The notes: generated by a model from the sequence alone, not told the origin. Positions 7,302 to 17,904 are shown, counted from the first letter of the stretch. The stretch: 31,532 nt of DNA from Fidelibacterota bacterium (GCA_049975265.1 JBNGDF010000005.1:82754-114285), one strand, 5' to 3'. Translations and numbers: made by a program.

Positions 7302-8522
7302 TCACTCCCAGCGCAGGGCTTCGATGGGATTCAGACGAGCGGCTTTCATCGCCGGGTAGACGCCAAAGACCAGTCCAATTAGGAGTGAAAAGCCGACCCC
7401 GAGGATTACCGACCAGACCGGTATCTGGGGAGGCAGGTGCAGCACCGCCGCGATGATAACGCCGATCAGGACGCCAAGGATGACACCGATGACCCCACCG
7501 AACAGGCAGATTCCAATGGATTCGGTGAGGAACTGATTCAGGATATGACGCTTTTTGGCGCCGATTGCCTTACGAATTCCGATTTCACGGGTGCGTTCGG
7601 TCACTGCGACGAGCATGATGTTCATAATCCCGATTCCGCCGACCAGCAGGGATATGGCACAGATTACCACGGCGGCGATAAAGACAAAGCCGGTTAGATT
7701 TTTCAGAGTGCTCATAATGGAATCCTGGGTAACGATTTCGAAATCGTTGGGTGCGCCGGGTGGAACTTTGCGAGAAATCCGCAGAATCCCGGTCACATCA
7801 TCCATGCCCTGAACCAGCCGGTCGGGCAGTGCCTTTACGCCGATATTGATGGAACGTTTCTCGCCGTAGAATTTGGTAAAGGTGTCAAAAGGGATCACCA
7901 CCAGGTTGTCCTGGCTGCTTCCCAGCAGGGCACCCCTCGCCTCAAGCAGACCGATTACTTTAAACCGGATTCCGTCGATTTTTACGTATTCACCGACCGG
8001 GTAGACGAAGGGAAAAAGCTTCTCAGTAACGTCACTACCGAGCAAGATTACCCGCTCTTTGCGGCGGATTTCGTCCCGGGTAAAAAAACGCCCCTCCGCG
8101 ATAAAGCGTCCATTGACCTCTGCCCAATATTCATCACCGCCATACACCAGGATGTTGGGATTGGTGGCGTTGTCCCGGTAGGTTATCTGTTTGCCCCAGA
8201 CCAAAATTTCGGCGGATGCCGCCTGAATATGCCTGGCTCTGCGGCGAATAGCTTCCACATCATTGGATTTCAGGTCTTTGCGCATGCGGATTTCCCGGGG
8301 GAGTCTTCCCATCTGGACAGCCGGGTATTTTTGTACCCAGAAAATATCGCCGCCGATGCTGGAGAAAGCATTGGTCATATGCTGTTCCAGGGCGTTGATG
8401 ATGGACATCATGCCGATGACGGACATCACGCCGATGACGATGCCCAAAGTGGTCAGAAATGTCCGCATTTTGTTGGCTTTGACCGTCTGCCAGGCGAGTT
8501 TGAAGCCTTCGTCAAGATTCAT
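7302..8522 (-). CDS. MacB/FtsX-like ABC permease
   Basis: [46 protein letters not shown] and PAMKAARLNPIEALRWE. Confidence 0.95.
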   Translation of the reverse strand: MNLDEGFKLAWQTVKANKMRTFLTTLGIVIGVMSVIGMMSIINALEQHMTNAFSSIGGDIFWVQKYPAVQMGRLPREIRMRKDLKSNDVEAIRRRARHIQAASAEILVWGKQITYRDNATNPNILVYGGDEYWAEVNGRFIAEGRFFTRDEIRRKERVILLGSDVTEKLFPFVYPVGEYVKIDGIRFKVIGLLEARGALLGSSQDNLVVIPFDTFTKFYGEKRSINIGVKALPDRLVQGMDDVTGILRISRKVPPGAPNDFEIVTQDSIMSTLKNLTGFVFIAAVVICAISLLVGGIGIMNIMLVAVTERTREIGIRKAIGAKKRHILNQFLTESIGICLFGGVIGVILGVLIGVIIAAVLHLPPQIPVWSVILGVGFSLLIGLVFGVYPAMKAARLNPIEALRWE

Positions 8523-9751
8523 TACTCATACCTCAGGCATTCAATTGGATCGAGTTTGGCGGCGCGGCGGGCGGGATAGATGCCAAAAAAGAGTCCCACT
8601 ACGGTTGAAAATCCCAGTCCCATGAAGACCGACCAGACCGGTACAGTGGCAGGGAAAGGGGTTACGTTGTCAATGATTCGGACGATTAGAAAGCTGAAAA
8701 AGATGGCGATGACGCCGCCGATTAAACAGATGATGATGGCTTCGATGATGAATTGAAAGGTGATAACCCGGCGTTTGGCGCCTAACGCTTTACGGATGCC
8801 GATCTCCTTACGGCGCTCGGCGACGGAGACCAGCATGATGTTCATGATCCCGATTCCGCCGACAATCAGCGACAGCGTGCCGATGCCGAAAGCCACCGTG
8901 TAGAGTCCGCCGGTCAGCTGCTTGTACATATTCGTCAGCATTTCCTGCTGATTAATGGAAAAATCGTCCTCTTCCTGGGGTTTCAGGCGATGCGTCACCC
9001 GCATCAGAAAGCGGATTTCATCTTTGGTTTCGTCAATCAGCTCGGGCGATGCGACCCGGACGAGAATGCGGATGCTGCGCCGCGAGCCGAAATTTTTAAA
9101 AATTGTCCCGATAGGAACATAAACCTCGGAATCCAGGCTCTGTCCCAGCAGACTGCCCCGCTTTTCCATGACACCGATGACCCGGTACGGAATGTCTCCG
9201 ATCTTGATCCGCTCCCCCACAGGACTGAGTCCTTTGAACAGTTTTTCCCTGATCTCCCAGCCGATGACACAGCTGGGCTTGTCGCGGTCAATTTCGGTCT
9301 GCGTGAAATAGCGCCCTTCGGCGATGGTGTACCCTTCGATGTATTCATGTTCCATGGTGACGCCGGCGACACCGATATCGGTCAGAGAGTTGTTGCCGTG
9401 TTTGATTGTTTGGGAAGTTCCGGCAGCCGGTGCGATAACCGTTGCCAGCCGGGAATGATCTATCAGGTAACGCGCATCATCCATCGTAACATCCGGGCGG
9501 TTGCGGTATTTATAAAAATCATCCTGAATAATCCAGGGATATTTGTGGACGAAGAGAGTATTGCTGCCCAGCGCCGCGATCTGGCTGGCGAAGCCCTGAT
9601 TTAAACCGGAAATGATCGAAGCCACCGACACGACGGTCAATACGCCGATGATAATTCCCAGTGTGGTCAGCACGGCGCGCATTTTATTCTGGACCAATGC
9701 CCGCAGCGCTACCAGAATATTTTCCCATATACTGATCAGTAAAGCAATCAT
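8522..9751 (-). CDS. MacB/FtsX-like ABC permease
   Basis: [44 protein letters not shown] and [22 protein letters not shown] overlap with the next gene. Confidence 0.95.
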   Translation of the reverse strand: MIALLISIWENILVALRALVQNKMRAVLTTLGIIIGVLTVVSVASIISGLNQGFASQIAALGSNTLFVHKYPWIIQDDFYKYRNRPDVTMDDARYLIDHSRLATVIAPAAGTSQTIKHGNNSLTDIGVAGVTMEHEYIEGYTIAEGRYFTQTEIDRDKPSCVIGWEIREKLFKGLSPVGERIKIGDIPYRVIGVMEKRGSLLGQSLDSEVYVPIGTIFKNFGSRRSIRILVRVASPELIDETKDEIRFLMRVTHRLKPQEEDDFSINQQEMLTNMYKQLTGGLYTVAFGIGTLSLIVGGIGIMNIMLVSVAERRKEIGIRKALGAKRRVITFQFIIEAIIICLIGGVIAIFFSFLIVRIIDNVTPFPATVPVWSVFMGLGFSTVVGLFFGIYPARRAAKLDPIECLRYE

Positions 9752-10440
9752 GCTGTGTTGACCTGAATATCCTCGGCAATAACACCGTCGAGGATGTGTA
9801 CAATCCGCTCGGCATGCTGGGCGACCTCTTTCTCGTGAGTGACGAGTATGATGGTATTACCTGCCCGGTGCAGTTCATCGAAGATCGCCATGATCTCTTT
9901 GCCCGTGCTGGAATCCAGATTGCCGGTGGGCTCGTCAGCCAGGATCAGAGACGGATTATTGACCAGCGCCCGGGCAATGGCGACCCGTTGACGCTGTCCG
10001 CCGGAGAGCTCATTGGGGCGATGCTGTTTACGGTCGGACAGACCGACTTGCCCGAGCACCTCTTCGGCGACGACTTTCCGCCTGGCGGCATGAAGCCCGC
10101 TATAGATTAGAGGCAGCTCCACATTGTGGAGGGCACTGGCGCGGGGTAACAGATTAAAGGTCTGAAAAACAAAACCGATTTTCCGATTGCGAATCTCCGC
10201 CAGCCGGTTATCATCCATTTCAGAGACACGTTCATTCTCCAGCTCGTAAATACCACTTGTGGGAGTGTCCAGGCATCCGATTATGTTCATCAGGGTCGAT
10301 TTTCCGGAACCCGATGGTCCCATGATGGAGATATATTCATTGGTTTGGATCGAAAGGTCGATGCCGCGCAGGGCAGCGACCTCTATGGCACCGATTCGGT
10401 ATATTTTGGTGATATTCTGGAGTCGGATCAGATTCTGCAT
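9748..10440 (-). CDS. ABC transporter ATP-binding protein (MacB/LolD-like)
   Basis: Walker [30 protein letters not shown] and VTHE. Confidence 0.97.
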   Translation of the reverse strand: MQNLIRLQNITKIYRIGAIEVAALRGIDLSIQTNEYISIMGPSGSGKSTLMNIIGCLDTPTSGIYELENERVSEMDDNRLAEIRNRKIGFVFQTFNLLPRASALHNVELPLIYSGLHAARRKVVAEEVLGQVGLSDRKQHRPNELSGGQRQRVAIARALVNNPSLILADEPTGNLDSSTGKEIMAIFDELHRAGNTIILVTHEKEVAQHAERIVHILDGVIAEDIQVNTA

Positions 10441-11372
10441 TAACCACCGAAATAAATATTCAGGCGATAAATCACGTTGGAGAAGTCAATTTCAGGAACG
10501 TTCGTAACGGTTTTGCCGTTCATTTCCCAGCCGTCCTGGTTCATATGACTGTAAAGATACCCGACATTGATACCGATCGCCGCCCAGCGGAAAAAGTTAT
10601 ACCGAAAGCCGATCGAGGGTAACACCGTAAAATAACCACAGGATATTTCGTTCTGGTAATCGGTGAATTTCTGGGAACTTGTATCGATGACGGCATTGTT
10701 GTAACCGCTCCATAACTCGTCCCAATCGACGGGACCGCCCCACTGTTCAAATTTCAGGTGGGCATTGCCGCCGCCGATCATAGTGCCCCAGTAGAGTTCG
10801 GTTTTATTGAAGGGGTGGTAGACCTTTTCGATGAGAAAGCCGCCGAAATTGATCGAGAGAGTGACTTCGGTAGCCAGGACAATGCTTCCGGGATTGCCGC
10901 TGGTTTTCAGCTGCCCGTGGGCGCCCATTCCGCCAACCCGGATACCGTGTCCGATAAAGCCCCAGCCACCGCCGCCGGTCATGTAAATCTGTTTATTCAG
11001 CGGATCCAAACCGATGTTGACCAGTTCCGTATTGATAGCGGAGACGTTGAGGTCCATCATGTAATATTCCCAGCCGCCGGCGCCGCCGCGGAAGTAACCC
11101 CGCTTGCCCGAACTGCGCCACTCTTTTTTACGGTTTTCTTTCCAATCATCCCAGTCATCCCATTCGTCCCATTCCTCTTCATCGTCGTCCTGGTTTTCGA
11201 TTTTGGTGCTTTTATACTCCTGATGATTAAGAATGTCTGAGGATTTAGCGTCGTTCGTCACCGAATCGGTGACGCTTTCCAGTTCCTGTTCAGTGTTGTC
11301 ATAGGGTTCCTGGGCGACAGCCAACGACATGGTGACAAGAGATGCAATTATGAAATTGAATAGACGTTTCAT
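10440..11372 (-). CDS. Hypothetical exported protein, probable outer-membrane beta-barrel with an acidic Trp-rich N-terminal linker
   Basis: Signal peptide (..SLAVA), Gly/aromatic alternating strands, and C-terminal YRLNIYFGG. Coupled by overlaps to both neighbours. Confidence 0.65.
   Translation of the reverse strand: MKRLFNFIIASLVTMSLAVAQEPYDNTEQELESVTDSVTNDAKSSDILNHQEYKSTKIENQDDDEEEWDEWDDWDDWKENRKKEWRSSGKRGYFRGGAGGWEYYMMDLNVSAINTELVNIGLDPLNKQIYMTGGGGWGFIGHGIRVGGMGAHGQLKTSGNPGSIVLATEVTLSINFGGFLIEKVYHPFNKTELYWGTMIGGGNAHLKFEQWGGPVDWDELWSGYNNAVIDTSSQKFTDYQNEISCGYFTVLPSIGFRYNFFRWAAIGINVGYLYSHMNQDGWEMNGKTVTNVPEIDFSNVIYRLNIYFGG
11142..11177. repeat. Four degenerate 9-bp tandem units encoding [12 protein letters not shown]
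   Basis: ccaatcatc ccagtcatc ccattcgtc ccattcctc on the + strand. Confidence 0.7.
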
Positions 11373-12652
11373 GGCTGTTTCCTTTCCATGTTTTCAGCGT
11401 TCGACAGCTTGATGGCGCTGCCATGTTTGAGCTCTTTACTAATGGCTTTATAAGGACCGACAACGATCTCTTCGCCCTCTTCGAGACCATTGATGATTTC
11501 AAATTTTGTATCACCGCTGATACCGACACGAACCTCCTGCTGCAGGACCTTGGGATACTGTTTAGGGGTAAAGAGTCCCTTTTTCGTGCCCGGTGTTTCC
11601 TGGCTGTGGGGGACCACAAATACCACATCCACTGAAGATGCTCTTTTGGCAAGTAAAGGAAGGGCGGAATTTTCATTGGGAGCGGGGTCGTCTGTTTTGC
11701 TAGAATCGTCCGAAATCGGCGTCCGGACGGTCAGAGATTGAATAGGAATGACCAGTGCGCTGTCGCGAACATCGGTGATAATATCGACGGTTGCGGACAT
11801 TCCCGGTCGGAAACGGCGGTCCTGACCCAACACAGAAATCTCGATTTCGAAATTGGTGACCTGTTCCTGGGTGCCCTGACCGGTGGTGGTGGCGCTGTGA
11901 GCGATTTCTGAAACCACACCTTTAAAGGGGGTATCGGGCAGGGCATCGATTTCGATGAGCGCCGTATCACCGACGGAGACAGAGACTACATCGGTTTCAT
12001 CGACTTCGGCTTTCACCTCCATTTTGGACATATCGGAAATGACGAGAATGACATCTTCCTGAAATACCGAGCCCAGAGCGATCTCGCCCACCTCCTTTTT
12101 GATACTCGTAACAATGCCGTCCATCGGCGCCAGAATCCGGGTTTTGTCGAGATCATCCTGCGCCTGTCTGAGTGCCGCCTCGGCTTGTACTACCTGACTC
12201 TCGGCAATTTCCACTTCAGCTACGGTGGCTTCCAGTTCGGCTGCCGAGGCAAGATTGGATTGATACAGCTGCCGGAGCCGTTTCAGCTCGCTGGCGACTT
12301 TACGCAGATTGGCTTTATTGGACTGGACGACCGACAGAGCCCTCTCATAAGCGGCTTCGTATTGGGCTTTATCGAGTTCAACCAAGAGATCACCGGTTTG
12401 AACCTGGTCGCCTAATTGTACGGTGATATCCATGATCCGGGCGGCGATATTGGCGCTGATTTTCACCTGAGTCTTGGGAATCAAAGCGCCGGAGGCGTTG
12501 ACCGTCTGTACGATGCGCTCCTTTTTGACGGTATCGGTCTGAACCTCGATGGGTTTCTCGTTGTTTCTGTTCTGATTAACGATGATCAGAACGGCAATGA
12601 TACCTATGATAAGTGTCAGGATAATGATTTTTCGGGTATTTTTCTTTTTCAT
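11369..12652 (-). CDS. Efflux periplasmic adaptor (MacA/HlyD-like membrane fusion protein)
   Basis: N-terminal anchor, VQLGDQVQTGDLLVELD, coiled-coil hairpin, ILAPMDGIV, VDETDV, RPGMSA and GLEEGEEIV. Confidence 0.93.
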   Translation of the reverse strand: MKKKNTRKIIILTLIIGIIAVLIIVNQNRNNEKPIEVQTDTVKKERIVQTVNASGALIPKTQVKISANIAARIMDITVQLGDQVQTGDLLVELDKAQYEAAYERALSVVQSNKANLRKVASELKRLRQLYQSNLASAAELEATVAEVEIAESQVVQAEAALRQAQDDLDKTRILAPMDGIVTSIKKEVGEIALGSVFQEDVILVISDMSKMEVKAEVDETDVVSVSVGDTALIEIDALPDTPFKGVVSEIAHSATTTGQGTQEQVTNFEIEISVLGQDRRFRPGMSATVDIITDVRDSALVIPIQSLTVRTPISDDSSKTDDPAPNENSALPLLAKRASSVDVVFVVPHSQETPGTKKGLFTPKQYPKVLQQEVRVGISGDTKFEIINGLEEGEEIVVGPYKAISKELKHGSAIKLSNAENMERKQP

Positions 12653-12670
12653 GTGTCTGTCCGGTGATAG

Positions 12671-13969
12671 TTATAATGTGCCCATTAGAAGCGCCAGTTC
12701 TGATTCGGCTATCTTGGCGTCATATTTTGTACTGATCAGCTGCTGTCGGGCTTGGGTCAGCGCCATCTGGGCGTCCAGTACTTCCAGAAGGGTGGCGGAA
12801 TTCAGGCGATACATCTCCTGAGCGAGGCGCAGGTCCTCCTGAGCCGATACAATATTCAGTTCCTGGATATCGATCATTTCCATATAGGTATTCAGTTTTT
12901 CAATCAGCGACTGGGTCTGGTTGCGGATTTCGATCTTTTTCTTGGCGATGTGGTCATCGTACATCTTGTAGCTCAGCAGATTTTTCTGGATCGCGGTTTT
13001 GCGTTGAAAACCGTTGAAAATGGACCAGCTCAGATTCAGATTTAAGGATGTGTTCCAGGCTTCATCAAATTTCGAATAGAGCAGATCGAAATTTTCGCCA
13101 CCGCGGCTGTAATTTAATGATGTATTAATTGATGGAAACCAGGAGCCTTTGGCGATTTTGTAGTCGATATTTGCACTTACCTGTTCCGCTTCCAGTTTGA
13201 GTAGTTCTCTATTGTTACTCAGGGCTTTTTCAATGGCGGATTCCCGCTCAATTATCTGCGGTCTGACGTAACCGGTTTCGATGACTTCCAGCGGCTCGGA
13301 GGGATTGCGACCCATCGCCTGATTCAGATCGGCAAGAGCATTTTTATAGAGAGCTTTCTGGGCAATGATGTCGAGCCGGTCATTACCTTCATTGACCTGT
13401 GCTTTGAAAAGGTCCTTTTTGGCGACCTGACCGATTTTGTACATCTCTTCGGTTTTCTTCAGCTGTTCGCGGCTGTTTTCCAGGGATTTTTCATAGACTT
13501 TGAGCAGCTCTTGGGCTTTCAGAACGGCATAAAATTTTGCCGTCACATCATGAATGACCTGTTGACGGATGCGTTCCTGCTGCATGTGTGCGCTGTGCAG
13601 GTTGTTTTTTGCCTTTTTGATATTGTTCCACCACTGTCCACCGTCGTAAATATTTTGTTCGACGTTCACTCCGAACCCGTGTTGAAGACTGGAGGACTTG
13701 CCGGTGCTATCAAAGGGAATCCCCTCAAAATAGCGGGTGCGCGGTCCCTGCGATGTAGAGGAACCGTAGTAACCGATACCCACATTTGGAAGAATATCAT
13801 TATAGGACTGAAGAACATCCTCTTCCGCGATTTCAAACCTCTTTTCTGAAATCCGGATATCCGGATTGTTTTCAAGCGCCAGCTGAATACACTCCTCCAG
13901 CGACAGTGGGTCCGCCGGAAGCTGATTCGCAACAAACAGTGGCAGTATCAATAGCATGAATTTACGCAT
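12671..13969 (-). CDS. TolC family outer membrane efflux protein
   Basis: Signal peptide, LSLEECIQLALENNP, the two-repeat OEP pattern, and ATLLEVLDAQ. Confidence 0.93.
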   Translation of the reverse strand: MRKFMLLILPLFVANQLPADPLSLEECIQLALENNPDIRISEKRFEIAEEDVLQSYNDILPNVGIGYYGSSTSQGPRTRYFEGIPFDSTGKSSSLQHGFGVNVEQNIYDGGQWWNNIKKAKNNLHSAHMQQERIRQQVIHDVTAKFYAVLKAQELLKVYEKSLENSREQLKKTEEMYKIGQVAKKDLFKAQVNEGNDRLDIIAQKALYKNALADLNQAMGRNPSEPLEVIETGYVRPQIIERESAIEKALSNNRELLKLEAEQVSANIDYKIAKGSWFPSINTSLNYSRGGENFDLLYSKFDEAWNTSLNLNLSWSIFNGFQRKTAIQKNLLSYKMYDDHIAKKKIEIRNQTQSLIEKLNTYMEMIDIQELNIVSAQEDLRLAQEMYRLNSATLLEVLDAQMALTQARQQLISTKYDAKIAESELALLMGTL

Positions 13970-13983
13970 AACAATTTCCCTTT

Positions 13984-14679
13984 TTAAAATTTGGCGAGTC
14001 CTGCCAACATTGCGGCTGCCGCGGCATACAACAGCCAGATAATCACGATCGGACAGAAGGGTTTACTGGTTTTTTTATTTAAAAAAGTGCCGAGGGCAAT
14101 GCTGAACAGGATGATTTTCCAGATGGCAAAAAAGTCGATATTGGTCAAAAAGCGGTAACCGAAGCTATCGCTCTCTGTCAAAAAAAGCGCCAGACTGGAA
14201 TAAATTTTGGTCGTGCCCTGAGACACCATCAGAGGTGTTTTAATGCCGGCATTGAGGGCGTCAATCAGGCTGATATAGGCGGTAATTCCGAGAAGGGACT
14301 TGTATTTCAATTCTCCACCGAGGAAAAAGTTACCAACGAAAAGCATAACGCCAGCCAGCACCAGCCACTTGATACCGATGGCGACGACGGTTGATACATA
14401 CTGAAAGGGTGAGTTGGCACGTTTTTCAATCTGCTCAAGGGCGGCTTCTTTCTGGGTGTCGGAAATATTTTCGCTGTTTTCGATCCGGGCTTTGGTCTCG
14501 TCGATGGCAATTGGTGTTATATAGACGGAAGATATCAGGCTGACACTGAGAACAATCAGCATCGGAATGACCAGATCAGTCCAACGGGTTTGTTTTTGCA
14601 GCTCATGAAATGTTGCTGATGGTTCCCAAAAAATTGCAACGATTTTTGCAACGATTGATTTTTTCGCAGAGTTATTCAT
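13984..14679 (-). CDS. YIP1 family (YknW-like) membrane protein
   Basis: IFWEPSATF N-terminal motif, ~5 TM segments and NIDFFAIW. First gene of the efflux operon. Confidence 0.8.
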   Translation of the reverse strand: MNNSAKKSIVAKIVAIFWEPSATFHELQKQTRWTDLVIPMLIVLSVSLISSVYITPIAIDETKARIENSENISDTQKEAALEQIEKRANSPFQYVSTVVAIGIKWLVLAGVMLFVGNFFLGGELKYKSLLGITAYISLIDALNAGIKTPLMVSQGTTKIYSSLALFLTESDSFGYRFLTNIDFFAIWKIILFSIALGTFLNKKTSKPFCPIVIIWLLYAAAAAMLAGLAKF

Positions 14680-14706
14680 TGTAATGTCCGTTTTTAATAC
14701 CTGCTG

Positions 14707-14735
14707 TTAGAGTTTGTATGTCCGGTTAGGTTGTC
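14707..14735 (-). promoter_or_regulatory. Putative ECF-sigma promoter for the YIP1-TolC-MacAB operon
   Basis: Minus strand reads GACAAC-N18-TCTAA, a sigmaE-like spacing, and shares GACAAC with 2818-2847. Confidence 0.4.
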
Positions 14736-14747
14736 AAAATGAGCGAC

Positions 14748-16178
14748 TTATATTGAAAAATCAGCCAGCCAGCGGTCTTTGTGTGACATGAGATACATTT
14801 TGGCGGCTTCGTAGCTGTTTTCAATTTCGCCGGAGAGAATGGCTTCCTCGATGTTGGATTTGATGTACCCCACCGCCGGTCCCGGTTCCAGATTGCAGAT
14901 TTTCATGATTTCATCGCCGCGCACCGGAGATTGGAATGCCCGCAGGCGGTCTTTTTCCTCCACTTCGACGATCTTTTCGACGACGCGGTCGAAATTACTC
15001 ATATATTCGCGGACTTTGCGGGGATTTTTTGAGGTGATGTCCGCCCGGCAGAGAGTAATCAGGTCGTCGAGCTCTTCACCGGCTTCTACATAGAGCCGGC
15101 GTACGGCGCTGTCGGTTACGCCCTCGTCGGCGATGGCTATAGGGCGCAGATGTAGCCGGACCAGTTTCTCGGCGTATTCCGCCACCTTATTGGGTAGTTT
15201 CAACCGGCGGCAGAGCGGTTTTACCATCCGGGCACCCAGCTCTTCGTGACCGTAAAAGGTCCACCCTTTACTCTTGATATACCGTTTGGTTTGGGGTTTG
15301 GCGATGTCATGAATCAGCGCCGTAAACCGTAGTTCAAATTTTTCCGTTACTTCCGCAATATTATCCAGTACCTGCAGCGAGTGCAGAAATACATCTTTAT
15401 GATGATAACCGTTTTTCTGGTCGACACCGTCGAGATCAGCGATTTCCGGGAAGATGATACTCAGCAGACCACAGGATTTCAGCAGCTGAAAAGCCCGGGA
15501 CGGTTTATGCGGAATTCTGAGAATTTTTGTGAACTCTTCGGTAATCCGCTCCTGCGAGACGATAGCGATGCGCTCTTTGACTTTGGCGATAGCCCGGAAC
15601 GTTTCATCTTCGATACTAAAACCCAACTGGGTGGCAAACCGAACCGCCCGCAGCATCCGCAGAGGGTCTTCAGAAAAGGTGATCAGGGGGTCCAGTGGCG
15701 TCCGAATAATACCGGCATTCAGGTCGTGCAGTCCCTGAAAATAGTCAAACAGTTCGTAAAAATTATCGGTATTCAGAGACATCGCCAGGGCATTGATTGT
15801 GAAATCGCGCCGGGCGAGGTCTTCGTAGAGGGATCCCTGGTTGACACTGGGTTTGCGGGAATTGTCTGTATATTGCTCAGATCGGGCGGAGGCGACCTCG
15901 ATGATGATATCACGATAGTGAATCATCGCCGTTCCAAAGCGGGGATATTCCAGCACCTTTTTGAGGCGCAGAGAGTGCGCAACGGCGCGGGCAAATTCTA
16001 TTCCGTTTCCCACGACTGTAATATCTATATCTTTAGTGATATGCCCGAGAATACGGTCGCGAATGGCGCCGCCAACCAGATAAACAGGCATCTTATTACG
16101 CTCGGCAATTTTCCCGATTCGCATCAAGATTTTGGTGATCGGATCGTCATCCGGAAACAGGAGCTCAAGAAAAGCCAT
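14748..16178 (-). CDS. cca: CCA tRNA nucleotidyltransferase / poly(A) polymerase family with HD domain
   Basis: LVGGAIRD..DIDI, DLARRDFTINA, EDPLRMLRAVRF, SQERI..E and LIHDIAKP. Confidence 0.9.
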   Translation of the reverse strand: MAFLELLFPDDDPITKILMRIGKIAERNKMPVYLVGGAIRDRILGHITKDIDITVVGNGIEFARAVAHSLRLKKVLEYPRFGTAMIHYRDIIIEVASARSEQYTDNSRKPSVNQGSLYEDLARRDFTINALAMSLNTDNFYELFDYFQGLHDLNAGIIRTPLDPLITFSEDPLRMLRAVRFATQLGFSIEDETFRAIAKVKERIAIVSQERITEEFTKILRIPHKPSRAFQLLKSCGLLSIIFPEIADLDGVDQKNGYHHKDVFLHSLQVLDNIAEVTEKFELRFTALIHDIAKPQTKRYIKSKGWTFYGHEELGARMVKPLCRRLKLPNKVAEYAEKLVRLHLRPIAIADEGVTDSAVRRLYVEAGEELDDLITLCRADITSKNPRKVREYMSNFDRVVEKIVEVEEKDRLRAFQSPVRGDEIMKICNLEPGPAVGYIKSNIEEAILSGEIENSYEAAKMYLMSHKDRWLADFSI

Positions 16179-16202
16179 TGATCAACTCTTTTTTGTCAGA
16201 CA

Positions 16203-16231
16203 AATTTAGGCACAGGCGAACATTATTGCAA
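16203..16231 (-). promoter_or_regulatory. Proximal promoter candidate for the CCA gene
   Basis: TTGCAA-N17-TAAATT. The same site also fits the Bacteroidetes TTTG-N20-TAAATTTG pattern (16201-16232). Confidence 0.45.
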
Positions 16232-16259
16232 AATTTAGCGATGGTTTATGCACGGCAGG

Positions 16260-16288
16260 AATGTATACAATTATATACATATTGTCAA
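16260..16288 (-). promoter_or_regulatory. Distal sigma70 promoter candidate overlapped by a palindrome
   Basis: TTGACA-N17-TACATT, with ATGTATA-N6-TATACAT at 16261-16280. Confidence 0.55.
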
Positions 16289-16316
16289 GTATATTTTACA
16301 TTTCTATGTCTGAGTT

Positions 16317-17210
16317 TTAACGTTCGCTCTGAATCAATTGCTCAGCATGGTAGGAGCTGCGTACCAGCGGACCGGCAAGCACCCCCCGGAAACCCAAGCG
16401 ACTACCGGTGTTTTCGATTTCCCTGAATTCATCGGGAGTAACAAAGCGTTCCACCGGGAGATGCTTCCCGGTGGGTTGCAGATATTGACCGGCGGTGAAA
16501 ATTTCGCATTGCACCTTCCGGGCATCTTTCATTAATTCAATAATTTCCGAATCCGCTTCGCCCAGACCAACCATGATGCCGGTTTTGGTGACAGCACCCA
16601 GGGCTTTGGCATTTTCAAGGACTGCCAGAGATTGGGAGTAGTCGGCTTGAGGTCGAGCCAGTGGATACAGCCGGCGCACGGTCTCCAGATTATGCCCGAG
16701 CACATCGGGTTTTTCCGCCAGAACGGTTTTCAGGGCGGTCTGATCCCCTTTAAAATCGGGGATCAAGATTTCGATTTTACAGTGGGGATTTTGACGACGG
16801 ATGGCGCGGATTGTCATTGCCCACTGTTCCGCGCCGTAATCCGGCAGGTCGTCGCGGGTGACGGAGGTGATGACGGCATATTTCAAGCCCATGAGTGAAA
16901 CAGCCCGTGCGACTCTTTCTGGCTCGGCGAGGTCGGGGGGCTGTGGCATGCCCGGCTGGACGGCACAAAAGCGACAGTTCCGGGTACAGATACGACCGAG
17001 GATCATAATGGTAGCGGTTCTATGACGCCAGCATTCACCCTGGTTGGGGCAGTGGGCTTCCTCGCAGACGGTGTACAGGTGATTTTGGCGGACGATATCC
17101 CGCATATCGCGAAAATCGTCGTTGACTGTATAGCGAACCTTGAGCCAGGCAGGTTTCCGCATTCCGGGTGGACACAAATCAGTGCGAATATTTTGACTGT
17201 TTTTGGACAT
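16317..17210 (-). CDS. lipA: Lipoyl synthase
   Basis: KPAWLK, CEEAHCPNQGEC, CTRNCRFC, HNLETV, GQYLQP and RSSYHA. Start set at ATG 17210, preceded by CAGGAAAACC. Confidence 0.97.
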   Translation of the reverse strand: MSKNSQNIRTDLCPPGMRKPAWLKVRYTVNDDFRDMRDIVRQNHLYTVCEEAHCPNQGECWRHRTATIMILGRICTRNCRFCAVQPGMPQPPDLAEPERVARAVSLMGLKYAVITSVTRDDLPDYGAEQWAMTIRAIRRQNPHCKIEILIPDFKGDQTALKTVLAEKPDVLGHNLETVRRLYPLARPQADYSQSLAVLENAKALGAVTKTGIMVGLGEADSEIIELMKDARKVQCEIFTAGQYLQPTGKHLPVERFVTPDEFREIENTGSRLGFRGVLAGPLVRSSYHAEQLIQSER

Positions 17211-17904
17211 GGTTTTCCTGTGTATGGAATGATTCAGCATATTGGTACGAATCGGTACTCATTTGTAGTTTATCAAAACCAAATAGTTCAATGAATTTAT
17301 TCACGACATCGTGTTTGACCTGTTCCATGGTGATTTCCAGATTCAGATCGATGATTCGGGTGACTCCTTTACTGACGATTCCACAGGGGATGATGCCGTC
17401 ATACAGAGACAGGTCGGTATTCACATTCAGGGCAAAACCGTGCATGGTAACCCAGCGCGAGACCCGCATTCCGAGGGCGGCGATTTTTTGGTTGCCCACC
17501 CAGACACCGGTCAGCTTATTCACTCGTTGGGCGGTAATTTGATACTGTGCCAGCAATTCGATCAACACCTGTTCGACGGTATGAACATACCATCCGATAC
17601 TCTCTTTATGGTTTTTCAGGTTGAATATGGGATAGCCCACCAGCTGACCGGGACCGTGATAGGTGATATCGCCGCCGCGGTCGACATTATATATCTCGAT
17701 GCCGCGGCTGTTCAGGTATTCCTGACTTGCGATCAGATGCCCTGCGTCGGCGTTTTTTCCCAGCGTATACACATGGGGATGTTCGACCAGGATGAGGGTG
17801 TCGGGAATTTCGCCGGCTAATCGTTTGGTGTGCTGCTCCTTCTGAATTTCCCAGGCTTTACCGTAGGGGCAGAGCCCCAGATCAAGAACATTCAGGTTTT
17901 TCAT
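17179..17904 (-). CDS. lipB: Lipoyl(octanoyl) transferase
   Basis: VEHPHVYTLG, DRGGDITYHGPGQLVGYP, KIAALG, HGFALNV and IIPCG. Confidence 0.97.
   Translation of the reverse strand: MKNLNVLDLGLCPYGKAWEIQKEQHTKRLAGEIPDTLILVEHPHVYTLGKNADAGHLIASQEYLNSRGIEIYNVDRGGDITYHGPGQLVGYPIFNLKNHKESIGWYVHTVEQVLIELLAQYQITAQRVNKLTGVWVGNQKIAALGMRVSRWVTMHGFALNVNTDLSLYDGIIPCGIVSKGVTRIIDLNLEITMEQVKHDVVNKFIELFGFDKLQMSTDSYQYAESFHTQENHVQKQSKYSH

Noticed and set aside
15381..16181. 266-aa + strand ORF, and similar shadow ORFs at 8990-9604, 17311-17820, 23891-24430 and 1643-2218
   Set aside because: They are antisense to well-supported genes and have no recognisable motifs.
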